Assembly: GCA_025201805.1 (NCBI GenBank)
Contig: MU619270.1
Span: forward strand, 15,037 to 79,036
Source: Parasitella parasitica NRRL 2501
Lineage: Eukaryota; Fungi; Mucoromycota
Direction of reading: 5' to 3'
DNA: 64,000 nucleotides
Positions within the stretch are counted from its first letter, which is position 1. Each line of letters begins with the position of its first letter. Below the pieces are notes generated by a model. That model was not told where the DNA came from and did not search any database. It was given only the letters and a program-made list of their open reading frames with translations. A program made the position numbers and the translations under genes. Below, piece after piece: positions 24,497 to 35,738 of the stretch.

Positions 24497-26461
24497 TCAC
24501 CATTCTTCATCTTCACCTCCAGTTTCAACTTTATATTCTATTACATCATAATCTTCGAATGCATAAGAAAGTGGGGAATTTAGGGCTCTATGGATGATTG
24601 CTTCACTGACGGTTAAGAATGATTGACCCACAAATATCATGAGAGTCTTGATAGAAAAACAGGAAAGGTGAAGTACAACAGACTCTTTCGGTCTTGATTC
24701 AAACTGACTCTTGGATATCGGTTTTGCAGCAGCGTTTGGAGCTGCGTTAGTTTTAAAATAAATTTTCTTCTCTGCTTGTTTGATACTTAGCCAAAGGTAG
24801 AATTGCTCAGACCAAACCAATAATACCTCTTTCAAAGTCTCTTCAAAGTATTCATAGGCACAATGATTATCTCCAAGATAGTTATCAGGCATTAGATAGC
24901 GGATCGGTAGAGAAGCAAAGATAAATTGATCGAATGATATGTGGCACATGTAAATATGGAATATTCTGTCACCAATGCTAGGAAAAGCTACGTGGCAGTT
25001 TACTAACTTGAGAACTTTTAATTCAGGGCATACACCACCTATATCGTAGAATGCATTTTGATATACCCAAGCACTGCATATTTCAAGTGAGCGCAATGAT
25101 GTCTTAAAACCACGACGGAAAACACCATCGTCTTCGTTGATGTAATGAGCAATCACCTTAATCTCTTTGATTTCAGGGAACTTTTTCAGGATATTTAAAA
25201 AGACCATTTCCTCTATAAACTGACTCAGTTGTCCTGCATATAAACAACTGTCTCTCGGGACGCTGTGATTCAAGAAGTCAATCTCCAATCTATCGAGGGG
25301 AATTCCTGTCTGCGATATCAGATTGACGTGATTGTACAATGACGCGATAGTTGGTATTTCCACAATAAAGTTTGCCATGCGGCTTGCATCTCTCAATGTT
25401 TTGACTTTCAAATGCATACTCATGTCATCCAAACTTCCAAATTCGTGGTATTGGAGGCTCAAGACATTGCAGTCGCCTCTCGCTGCTTTGCACACTGTGC
25501 TTAGATCATCTCGGGGCGGTATTTTGTAATCCAAGCTGTACTGTTTCAGATGTTTAAGAGCATTTATGATTCGATCGATATTCAGACTGACCAAGTCATC
25601 GACTTCAAATGGTAGTTCCAGACCAAATATATTGAAGTTGAAACTCTCCGTGTTTGGATACTTGAACATCAAATACTCGATAAAACTTGGAAAACCGAGA
25701 GCGGTAATATCTAAAGTTTTGACACTTGCAACTTGCTGCACGTTCTCCTTTGCCCAAAGAATAAGCTGGTCCTTGTCCATTTCTCTGCCATTTTTTTCTA
25801 ACGCTTCCAGATCCTCCATGTTTAAATAAAGCGCTTGCAAATTACAACATCCTTTCAAAATCGTCTCCAGGTCCACTATATTATCGATTTCTCCGTACAA
25901 ATCCAATGCATTCAAACTTTTAAATTCGCCGAGACGATGAATCAAGTCTTGCGAGTCAGTGTTGTTCTTTACCCATAGCTCGATGTGTTGCAAGGTACTT
26001 TTGAAAGTCAGTAATGCTTTGCTATAGCTGTCATTGAGAACATGTGAAGTTGGAATGCTCTTCAATTTTTTAAACTCTTCTCTCGACTGATTCGCGATTT
26101 TTGTCATAGTTTCAAGGAAATGACTCATTCGAAGATTAGTGAACACATTTCCATTTAATTCTTCAATGTTCGGTGTAAATGCTAGTTGTAAAAGCGCATC
26201 GACAATATCGTTGTCAGCGAGCGCTGGCACCATTAGATGCTTTATATGGCGACCTTTCTCTGGTTTTTTGGCCAAATGATCTACTAATTTGATAACTCTA
26301 TCCTGATGGTGGATCTCGATTGGTTTGCTAAGCATTGCTGTCTCGGCGGGGTCATCCCAAGCTCTACAGACTAATCTGCATGCTGAAAGTGCCGCAAGAG
26401 AATCTATTGAATTAAATATAATACTGAGAATTTCTTTAGGCAATGATTTGTAAGTTGTCAT
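24497..26461 (-). CDS. Intronless F-box protein with LRR-like C-terminal region (Mucorales-expanded type)
   Basis: N-terminal SLPKEILSIIF...CRLVCRAW F-box; degenerate LxxLxL repeats; 654-aa open frame. Confidence 0.85.
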   Translation of the reverse strand: MTTYKSLPKEILSIIFNSIDSLAALSACRLVCRAWDDPAETAMLSKPIEIHHQDRVIKLVDHLAKKPEKGRHIKHLMVPALADNDIVDALLQLAFTPNIEELNGNVFTNLRMSHFLETMTKIANQSREEFKKLKSIPTSHVLNDSYSKALLTFKSTLQHIELWVKNNTDSQDLIHRLGEFKSLNALDLYGEIDNIVDLETILKGCCNLQALYLNMEDLEALEKNGREMDKDQLILWAKENVQQVASVKTLDITALGFPSFIEYLMFKYPNTESFNFNIFGLELPFEVDDLVSLNIDRIINALKHLKQYSLDYKIPPRDDLSTVCKAARGDCNVLSLQYHEFGSLDDMSMHLKVKTLRDASRMANFIVEIPTIASLYNHVNLISQTGIPLDRLEIDFLNHSVPRDSCLYAGQLSQFIEEMVFLNILKKFPEIKEIKVIAHYINEDDGVFRRGFKTSLRSLEICSAWVYQNAFYDIGGVCPELKVLKLVNCHVAFPSIGDRIFHIYMCHISFDQFIFASLPIRYLMPDNYLGDNHCAYEYFEETLKEVLLVWSEQFYLWLSIKQAEKKIYFKTNAAPNAAAKPISKSQFESRPKESVVLHLSCFSIKTLMIFVGQSFLTVSEAIIHRALNSPLSYAFEDYDVIEYKVETGGEDEEW

Positions 26462-28142
26462 ATTTTCAATATGTGAAAAGAAAGAAAGAGGCTTTTTTTT
26501 TTCATCAACAAAATCAAGTTAGCATAGACTCGCTCTTTCAATACAATCACAGCAGCTTATCCTGACTATCGAACCTTCATCCAGATTCACGTACAACTTG
26601 GCAATCTATACGTTTGATAAAGAGCGAATGCCTTTATACTATGCAATTATCTGCTATTGTGGGGGTAGTAGTAGTTAGCAAATTACCACTTTTACCTAGA
26701 GCAGATACAATCTGATAAAGGCAATCAATAGATTTGTCACTGGAATAACCTACGCATGGTATCTTATTCACGACATTAATTTTAGAGCTTGTGCCAAAAA
26801 TTAGGATAATGTGGTCAATTATACAAGTTTGAGCGCGAGGCATAATATGTATGATACAATAAAATGTTTTAATCTGTGAACATAGGCTCTATTTGTATGT
26901 GTTTTAAAGCCCTTACATTTCAAATGTGAAAAGCGCAATGTGAATAGGAATTCATTAATTCAGGGTTTAAATACTATGCAACAAGTCCATAAAGGAGATT
27001 TTAAAAGTGGTCATTAGATCATATGTTGTATAAAGGTAGTTCAAGAAATCCAAAACAGAATATCGTATATAATAAAAGCAAGACATATATTACAAACTAC
27101 TTGAACAGGGACTCCCCATCTTTGCAAAGTTCTTGAGTTTGTCTATTTGATGTTGTGTAGGTTTGATATTTTGAGTTCACAATGAATCAATTGAATTTAC
27201 TGAACAATAAAACAGGGAAACAACGGTACAAGTTTAGATTAAGCTTGCGTTACTTAAAACTCCCAACTGCCTCTACAAAATATGCTCATTTCCAATAGAG
27301 GGAACGTTGCCAAGAGTAGAAAGTAGGTTGTGCAAGCAACAAATAGGAGGCTTGACCATATATTTCATGAGATAATTTAACGGATTAATAATAGTTGTAG
27401 GCAATTTTGTTTGGCAGCTACGAAAAAGCGAAAAGAGGTTGGTTAAATGTGAGCAAAATTGTCTGAATTGAGTGTGGAGACAGCTGGAAAATACATTGTT
27501 GATAAAAAAAGAGATAGTTTCAAGCTACTGAGCGATGAGGTTGATGAGGCCTACAAAAGATGCCGAGCGTGGGATTCTTGTGTTGCTGAGGAATAGTACT
27601 TGCCAAAGCAAAGAAGCTCGTATTTAATCTTGGTTTTCTTTTTTTTTTTTTTTGGTGTTTGAACATTTGAATACATGTGTAACTGAATTATAAAGATAAA
27701 TGAGTAAGGACGTGCATTCATCTCAATTAATTTATCCAGTCGCGTTGTACTCTTGGAGTCATAGATAGAGATACATGCGTACTAACAACCACAGTAACTA
27801 CAATAAAATGCCCTTAATGAGTAAAGATCAATGGCGTTCAAAGGCCGTTATCGACTTGGTACTGGAACGCCGGCTGTGCAACTTGTGGGTTCTTTTACGA
27901 TGTTGCAGGTTTGGATTAGAGTTGATGTTCTCAAGAGATCATTGACAAGCGGATGTGCCCATACATTTTGACAAACTGCTACTATACTGGGTGCATAAAA
28001 AGATATTGAATCTAGTACACAGTTGAAGGCTCATTATGCATCGCTCCGCTTTGTTGCCACATCTCCGGTTAGGGCCTTTTATTTTTATCCCTCTCTTTTC
28101 TTCTCGTGTTCTTTTCTTTCCAAACAATAAACAAAATTCAGA

Positions 28143-31095
28143 ATGGGTGCCACAGACAGTAAACTTGCTTTCAGAAAAGGTGTATTTCGTTTGTTCGAAG
28201 AAAGGGTAAAAGGCACAATTGCTTCATTTGCATGCTCTAATTTTTTTTTCAGAATGTGCCCAAAACTGCAGACGACTATTGGACTTTGGTAAAATGCAAA
28301 CGGTTTGATTGAAAAAAAAAATCCATTGATTTGTAACCATGACGATATGCATAGTTCTGGACACTGCCAGAATCCGTAGACGATGTTTACACACTTGTCG
28401 GTTCAGCTGATATTCGGAAAGCAAGAGACAGCGCAATTGAGAACCTCGAAACTCTGATAGACAAGGTTAGGAAATATACATTTTCACTGTCTGTTTCTAA
28501 AAAAAAAAGTGCTGCATCTAGTTGATAGAACAGATGAAGATCCTACTTAGCTCCAACACATCTATACAAAATACTCAGCTTCTGAATTGCTGTCGCGTAT
28601 TGACGAGAATCATACCTTTCATCTTTGAGAGCCCAGAATGTGCCGAATGGGAAGACAGGTTTTTCTGGACACCACCTTCACTGGACAAGAATGCCACCTT
28701 GCCTACTCCCCCTTCCACAACAGATCAAAAGCAAACATCACAGCCTAATCTGCTACCTCCTCGAGGCGAAGTGCTGATAACATGTAAACACTAGGACACA
28801 GGGGTTATCTATGTAATGTTGAAGCTAACTAGATTTTTTTTATTTTATTTTATAAAGTAACACTTCAATCCCTTTTCTTGGCTGGATTTACGTTGCCTCA
28901 GTCAATGGGCACAGCAGATAGTAGAGTCAATTATGTGATCTGGGAAACTGGCGTTGGATCATCTACACCAATTGGATCATCTCGAGATAACGACATGAAC
29001 CGAACAGAAGTGCTTCGTCTCCTCACTGTGCTCTTTTCGAAATCCATGTACAGATCGCCCTCTCATATACTTGTCAAAAAGGACCGCTGGTTGGACTACA
29101 TGGTGTCTAGGACAGAGAGGAAAGTTGTCCTTGCATTTCTATGTAGCATGATCAACACTTCATGCAAATACAATCCAATGGGCTGGACAGCGGTCCCTTA
29201 CAATCACATTGTGTTTACGGACCCTCGTGAGCTGTTGGTAGCACTTTGTCTCCGAGTGTTGTTGGTAGTTCTTGATTATGGCACGCCGGCCGTAAAGCAC
29301 CGACACGAAAATACTGCTGCTGGATCCGCCGAACAAGCCCAGCAAGAGGAGGCGTTAGTAGCCAGGATTGATGCAATTCAAATTGACGATTCCCGACAAA
29401 CACAGCAGCAAGCAGAAACCATGGAAAATGCTTTTAGATACTATCTATCTAAATTACACAGAGCCCAGGATTTCCAGTTTTTGATTGATGGCATTTACCG
29501 GATACTGAGCACACCCATGCAGGTTAGATTTAGGGTGAAAATCAGGGTGCATCCATTTAACTTGCCTCTAACAAGCTGATACAATAGACTCTCAGCAGCT
29601 ATTTGCCGGGTTCTTCCAAAAGAGTAAGATATCATGTAGAGATGATGATGTTGTGCTGGAAGTTACTAGAGATGAATAGTGTAAGCTGCTAAATTGCGAT
29701 AGTAGAGGCAGAATGTTGATGTAGCATTGATAGAGATTCAAAAATTACCTTATGGAGACGGAAAGGGCGTTGGATTTAATGGTCGTGTTACTGTTTTATG
29801 CAGGTGAAAACAAGCTTGATCCCTGTAAGCGTTAATATCGAAATATGTATGGAAGCGACAACTGATGGTCTTCATATATTTATATACGTTAGCCCAAGTG
29901 GGCCTTGTCCGTATGTGTTCGTTTATTTTGCAAACGCTATCATCAGACAGGACATTTAGCGTCAGGCTAAACAAACCCTTTGACGGACACGGATCGCTCC
30001 CTGCTAATAGTAGAATACCCAATTTTCAGGGTTCCTATGCAGACTACCTACTGCTGGTAAGAATGCGCAATGTTACGCTAGCATCAACTAAATTGGTTAC
30101 TCCAGACCATCTTCTCGTTGATCGCCTTATCAAGAGGCTCATTATCCACATTGTATCCAGCATTGATCAAAACAATTGCGAATATCTCACCCTATCTCAA
30201 AGGCATTTCTCCCCTCTCCTGCAGCAAGCTACTCGCATTATTCAGCTCCATGTCGGCACCTGGATTTTTGCTGGCGGATGAAGCAAACCATCATCTTGTC
30301 GACTACTTATTAGAGGCATTCAACAACATTATACAATTTCAATACGAAAGTAAGCAATCCATCACAGTGGTAACTGTCATGTGTGTATTGATGTTCTATT
30401 TGTAGATAATCTCAATCTTGTCTTTACCATTCTGCGAAACCATCAGAAGTTTGAAAAATTGGCTGAATTTAGCTTGGATAATGCTCTGATCGAAGTTGAG
30501 AGGTTGCGACAGGTGAAGGAAAATCGGCTTTTGCAGCAGCAACAGCAACAACAGCAACAACAGCAGCAGCCACCGAGACAGTCTTTGATAGATCAATTAC
30601 CTGATGCTACAGCAAGTTCTGCTGGTATGTCTGAAAAAGCCAAAGGTAAATTACCAGAAGCTTCACTTTCAAGGACACCGAGTGAGTCCAGTTTACAAAG
30701 CACCGGTGTTATTCCTCAAAGACAATCAAGTGTTTCTTCAGTAAGCTTGGCCGGGAGCCATCTGCCTGGTGCCAAGAACGGATTTATTCCTACTGATGAC
30801 TGGATTTATCATTGGCATTCGAGATTACCATTAGATACAACGGCAACTTTAATCCACGAGTTACTGCCCAAGGTAGAGAATGTCCAACACACCAATGAAC
30901 AAGTCATCGATACATTAAGAAATGTATCAATTTCTAATGTTTTACCGCCTGCACACCTCGTTGTTATACGTAAGTTCCAATGGAATGAGCCACTTATTAT
31001 ATGGTTTCGAAGCATGTTGTGGGGACAAGCCTATATCTCGTCTGTATCAAATTACGGCCCATGGAACAACACTCATGTCAAACTATTTCATATCA

Positions 31096-31129
<34 letters not shown>

Positions 31130-31232
31130 ACATCATCAGCAATATCAGCAACAGCAAGTGCAACAGGCACCATTACAAGATGGAAACACTGGTTCAGCGC
31201 TATCTCCTCGACCCTCTTTCACATCTAGATAA
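28143..31232 (+). CDS. HID1: HID1/Ecm30 (dymeclin-related) Golgi trafficking protein
   Basis: MGATDSKLAFRK myristoylation start, LLNCCRVLTRIIPFIFE, IWETGVG, YLSKLHRAQDFQF, GLVRMCSFILQTLS, WHSRLPL and WNNTHVKLF. Multiple introns. Confidence 0.92.
30534..30569 (+). repeat. CAG/CAA tract (Q12) in HID1
   Basis: Seen directly. Confidence 0.9.
31098..31166 (+). repeat. CAG/CAA Q-rich tract in HID1 C-terminus
   Basis: Seen directly. Confidence 0.9.
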
Positions 31233-31317
31233 ACAGGTATCCAGTTGTACTGTATATAAAAGTGTCCATTTTTTTTTTTTCCCTCTATGATAATAACAGA
31301 AACCACAATAAACCCGT

Positions 31318-32941
31318 TTATTTAATCTGTTGTTGCTGGTCATAAATCTTGCGTTCGCACTGATCAATGGTAGCTAAATTAGAGCCCATCTTATTCATAG
31401 TTTCTTGATACTCGTCTTCCTCGACAGAGTCATAGACAATGCCGCCACCAGCTTGTAAATATGCAACGCCGTCCTTGAATAACATGGTGCGAATAGCAAT
31501 GCAGGTGTCTAAATCGCCAGAATAGTCGAAATGACCCACCACGCCAGCATAAATTCCTCTTTTTTCCTTTTCCAACCCACGAATCAATTCAACAGCTCTG
31601 ATCTTTGGTGCACCCGAAACAGTACCAGCAGGGAAAATTGCACGGAAAGCGTCAAAGGGCGTTTTATCATCGCGCAGCTTGCCAGACACATTTGATACAA
31701 TGTGCATAACATGAGAGTAGTATTCAATCTCCATTAGTTTATCCACTTTGACAGATTCAGGCTTGCAGACTCGATTGATGTCGTTGCGCCCCAGATCAAC
31801 CAACATGACATGCTCTGCACGCTCCTTAGGGTCCTTTAATAAATCTTCGGCCAGTGCTTTGTCCTCCTCTGGCGTCTGTCCACGTTTTCTTGTACCGGCA
31901 ATAGGATGTGTGAAGGCAACGCGGTCTTGTACCTTGGTCAGCATTTCAGGCGAAGCACCGACAACAGTGAAGTCTTTCAAATTCATGTAAAACATGTACG
32001 GCGAGGGATTCAGCGATCTCAAGTGGCGATACACATTAAAAGGGTGCAAATCGGTTGGACGTGCTAATCGTTGTGAAGGCACTGCTTGGAAGATGTCTCC
32101 TTCTTTGATGTGGTGTTTTAATTGAGTGACAAACCCTTTGTAGCCCTCTTTGCCCACATTGGACACAGCCTGCTTTCCCAGTGTAATAGGACCCTGAGAC
32201 ACAGTAGGGATGCGATCCTCTGTTAACAAAGAAAGTGTGGTCTCGATCTCCTCGGCTGCCTTGGTATATTCACGATGAACTTCAGTAGGGTCTGTCGCAT
32301 TACTGCGGAAATGTGATACGACATTCACAACTTGGCGGACACGATCAAAGACAACAAGCGTGTCGCACATCATGAAAACAGCATCGGGAATATCAATAGG
32401 ATCAGTGACCTGGGTTTTAATGCTAGGCTCAAAGTACTGGTAGCAATCAAAGCCAACGTATCCAACAGCACCGCCTAAATACATATATTTAGACAAAAAC
32501 AATGTCCCTGGGCGAGCCCTTTAATTACTTACCAGTAAAAGTAGGAAGGCCAGGTACTTTAACGTATTTGATGTTTTCCAATTCCTTCTGGACAGGGACA
32601 AGAGGGTCTCCGTTCACAGCTTCTTCGGGGCCCACTTTAATCAGTTTGTAAGGATCTGGTAAATCAACCATCCCTCCAATTTAGCTTGCCATGTTATCGT
32701 CGATTGCAGCACACAGCACATCCTTACCTGAGCCAATGAATGAATAACGACTAATATTCTCTCCACCTTCGACAGACTCGAAAAGAAAAGAGTAATCGCA
32801 ACGGTCAGCTACTTTGAGGTATGCAGAGACAGGTGTCAAAAAATCGGCTTCGAGTTCAGCGTAGATAGGAATCGTGTTGCCTTGGCCAGAAGACACGATT
32901 GCCTGGATTTCCTCAAGAGTAGGCTTCAATTTTAATGGCAT
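31318..32941 (-). CDS. TRP2: Anthranilate synthase component I
   Basis: LTPVSAYLK, LFESVEGGENISRYSF, GDIFQAVPSQR, NPSPYMFY, PIAGTRKRG, EHVMLVDLGRND, FPAGTVSGAPKIRA and QAGGGIVYDS; two introns. Confidence 0.97.
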
Positions 32942-33032
32942 GTTTTCTTAGTTTGTTGGGATGGACTAAGGGAAGAGAGGAAATGGAGATTATCATGAAA
33001 ATTTATGGACTTCTTTTACCCAGTGGGTTACA

Positions 33033-33041
33033 ATGAGTCAT
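33033..33041. promoter_or_regulatory. Perfect Gcn4/CpcA-type site ATGAGTCAT upstream of TRP2
   Basis: Full 9-bp consensus ~92 bp upstream of the ATG of an amino-acid biosynthesis gene. Confidence 0.75.
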
Positions 33042-33051
33042 TTTGTATGTC

Positions 33052-33059
33052 TCACGTGA
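33052..33059. promoter_or_regulatory. E-box TCACGTGA (Cbf1-type bHLH site) in TRP2 promoter
   Basis: 8-bp palindrome 10 bp from the Gcn4-type site. Confidence 0.55.
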
Positions 33060-33217
33060 TACCAAACACCCTTAACAACTCCAAAGCTGGAGCTTGATGT
33101 ACGAGGCTGTTGGGCCAAGTTGATATATAAACATGCACGTACCAGCAAGAGCTAAAGGACTTGTCCCTTTGCTTGCACATTTATTAAAAACTTTACACTT
33201 TCTACTTTGACATAGGG

Positions 33218-34111
33218 TTATCTTCTTAATCGCCCGTTTTCGCCAACTACTCGATAGCCAATGCCTGCATACATATTCTTGACAGGATCGCGATCCCTGA
33301 CAACGTGTAGATTAACAGATCTGCGAGATTTAAGCAGTTTTTCTGTCAATAAACCAACACAAACAGCCCCATATCCCATTCGGCGACATTCTTTTGGCGT
33401 AAAAACCATTGCAAGCGAGCATTCAGTTTCAGTCGGTCGCTTCATCCAGCACATGCTTACGGGAACACCACCCACGTACAAAATATAAGCAAACTCATTT
33501 GCTAATGCTTCGCGAACAAGCTGCTCAGCATCAGGCAAAGCCGTATTGTCCATGCCATCCTTAGTAGTCAAATGTACGAAAAAGCCTTGTGTCCATTCAG
33601 TCAGTAAAGCCAATGCATCTAGCGTCGCCACCTTCAGTTTAGTGTTGGAGTCTCTAGCGATGGATAGTAAACATGGAGACCAGGTCACTTTTTGCGACTC
33701 GCATGCCCACACTCGATCCGTGATTCTAAAATGAATATCATTCTTTTTAAATTGCTGAAAAAGACGATCCAGACTTGGCTGGAATGCACGCACGAATTTG
33801 ACAGATGAATGAGCACCAGAGGCAATTAGATCATTTACGAGCAAATCAATAGCCTCCATGTTTTGAGTCAAAGAACCATAAAGCATCGTGTTGTTTGTTC
33901 CATTAAACAGTGCGAACACAAGCTGGCCTTGATCGTCCCAAACAGCACTGCAGTAACCTTGGCGTCTTTTTTCTTCGTTTTGAGCCAAGTCTTGCTGGGC
34001 CATGGTCAGAACGAAAATATTCTGGAATTCATTATGGCAAAGAAAAGGCTCAGTTTCTTCAAGAAACAAGCTTGTGAGAGAGTATCGCTTTACAGTCAGT
34101 GCGGTGGCCAT
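33218..34111 (-). CDS. Intronless GNAT acetyltransferase, bacterial COG3393/FR47-like
   Basis: ATG 34111. C-terminal PVSM..KRPT...VFTPKECRRMGYG and MYAGIGY acetyl-CoA-binding motifs. Confidence 0.85.
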   Translation of the reverse strand: MATALTVKRYSLTSLFLEETEPFLCHNEFQNIFVLTMAQQDLAQNEEKRRQGYCSAVWDDQGQLVFALFNGTNNTMLYGSLTQNMEAIDLLVNDLIASGAHSSVKFVRAFQPSLDRLFQQFKKNDIHFRITDRVWACESQKVTWSPCLLSIARDSNTKLKVATLDALALLTEWTQGFFVHLTTKDGMDNTALPDAEQLVREALANEFAYILYVGGVPVSMCWMKRPTETECSLAMVFTPKECRRMGYGAVCVGLLTEKLLKSRRSVNLHVVRDRDPVKNMYAGIGYRVVGENGRLRR

Positions 34112-34188
34112 GATAATAAATAGCAAAATTATACCTTATAGCCGTTTACTCTCATTTTTCATGAAAAAAAAAAAAGTACGAATCTTTG

Positions 34189-34195
34189 TGAGTCA
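34189..34195. promoter_or_regulatory. Gcn4/AP-1-type core TGAGTCA upstream of the GNAT gene
   Basis: 7-bp consensus ~78 bp upstream of ATG 34111. Confidence 0.45.
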
Positions 34196-34529
34196 CTGTG
34201 AATGTGTCGATTCAAATGATGGGCTGACTATACATGCCAAGGCTACACTCTTGACAAATGATGGCGGGAACAAGTTTGATGAATCATCAAACTCATCATG
34301 GCACGCCACACAATGGCAGATTAAATGACTCGAGCAATTAATCCCTTTGATCTACCGTCTTAGCCCACCATTCACCATCCAAACACTGACCTAATCCTCG
34401 CCATGAACCCCTCCCCCCAAACACAAAAAAGACTGACAATATACGCTAGCTTGCAATAGTAAAATGTTTATTTCAGGCTACTTGAAAAAAAAAAAGAAGG
34501 GAATTTAGACAATTTCAATAAGAATCAAT

Positions 34530-35425
34530 CTACTTTCTTTGCTTTTGGGCAAGGAAATCAGAGAATTCTTGATAAGGACCCTTAACAAATTCGGACTCTT
34601 CCCAGAGATCAGGGGTCAAGAAACCGTAAGTGTTACCGATGGCAGCAAAGGTAGCCTTGACAAAGTTACCAAGAGTACGGGTAGAACCACGAGAGGTGGT
34701 ATAACAGTCAGTAACACCAGCTAATTGAAGAACACGCTTAGCAGTGGGAGAGGCAACGATACCAGTACCACGGGGAGCAGGGACCAAACGAGCCATAACG
34801 GAACCGCAACGACCAGAGACCTTACAAGGGACAGTGTGAGGCTCACCAAGGTTGGAACCCCAATAACCACGACGAACGGGGATGATGGCAAGCTTGGCAA
34901 GGATGATACCACCACGGATGGCGGTGGCAACTTCCTTAGCACACTTGACACCCAAACCAACATGTCCATTCTCGTCACCAATGATAACGAAAGCCTTGAA
35001 ACGAGTACGTTGACCGGCAGTGGTTTGCTTTTGAACAGGCATGATTTTCATGACTTGATCAGTGAGCTTGGGAAGGAAGTAATCAACGATTTGGTACTCC
35101 TTGATGGGGAGAGAGAACAGGTAGATTTCTTCAATAGACTTGATCTTGTTAGCCTTGACGAGACGACCGAGCTTGGTAACGGGAACCCACTCATTCTTTT
35201 CTTCTCCACGACGGCCACGACCGCCACGGGGTCCACCACGACCACGACCACCTGCAAAATGTTAGCATTCCTCTCCAATCTGCGGCTCTAAACATCTAAA
35301 CCTACGTCCAAATCCACGTCCTATAAATAAATAAACGAAAAAGAATGAGTGTCGGTGGAATTCAAGTGCCCTTGCTGTAACAACAACGTACCACGAGAAG
35401 CACCGGCAGAAGCTGAGTCGGCCAT
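34530..35425 (-). CDS. RPS2: 40S ribosomal protein S2 (uS5)
   Basis: Exons 35425-35392, 35320-35306 and 35251-34530 give [23 protein letters not shown]...[12 protein letters not shown]...[17 protein letters not shown]. Strongly biased codons; 5'-UTR intron 35547-35427. Confidence 0.97.
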
Positions 35426-35738
35426 ACTATCAAAAAAAGACAAGGGCGATGACGCCAAAATGAGTATCTATGTCGAATGCAATTCATCCATCTGCTGTGT
35501 GTCATGATGGATGGATCCCATTGTAAACATTGACAAAGTATACTTACTTTAATTTATATTAATAAAGGAAGAAAGAGATTAGAATTCTCTTACAATTGAT
35601 CAGCTTATACCGCACTGGCACAGCACTCTCACAGGTATCCCAAACATTCATTTTCAGCCTCTGCCTGGGTAAGACTATGGCAAAATTTTACCAGGAAATT
35701 GCGAGTCGGATTTGGTATCCGGCTCGCAAACATTTTAT

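Noticed and set aside
30922-31290. Alternative-frame ORFs with SNSSNS / ATATA repeats
   Set aside because: Off-frame readings of the HID1 CAG/CAA tract.
34725-35291. 188-aa antisense ORF over RPS2 (likewise 58976-59506 over PDA1 and 49916-50557 over BZW)
   Set aside because: Shadow ORFs expected from biased codon usage of highly expressed genes.
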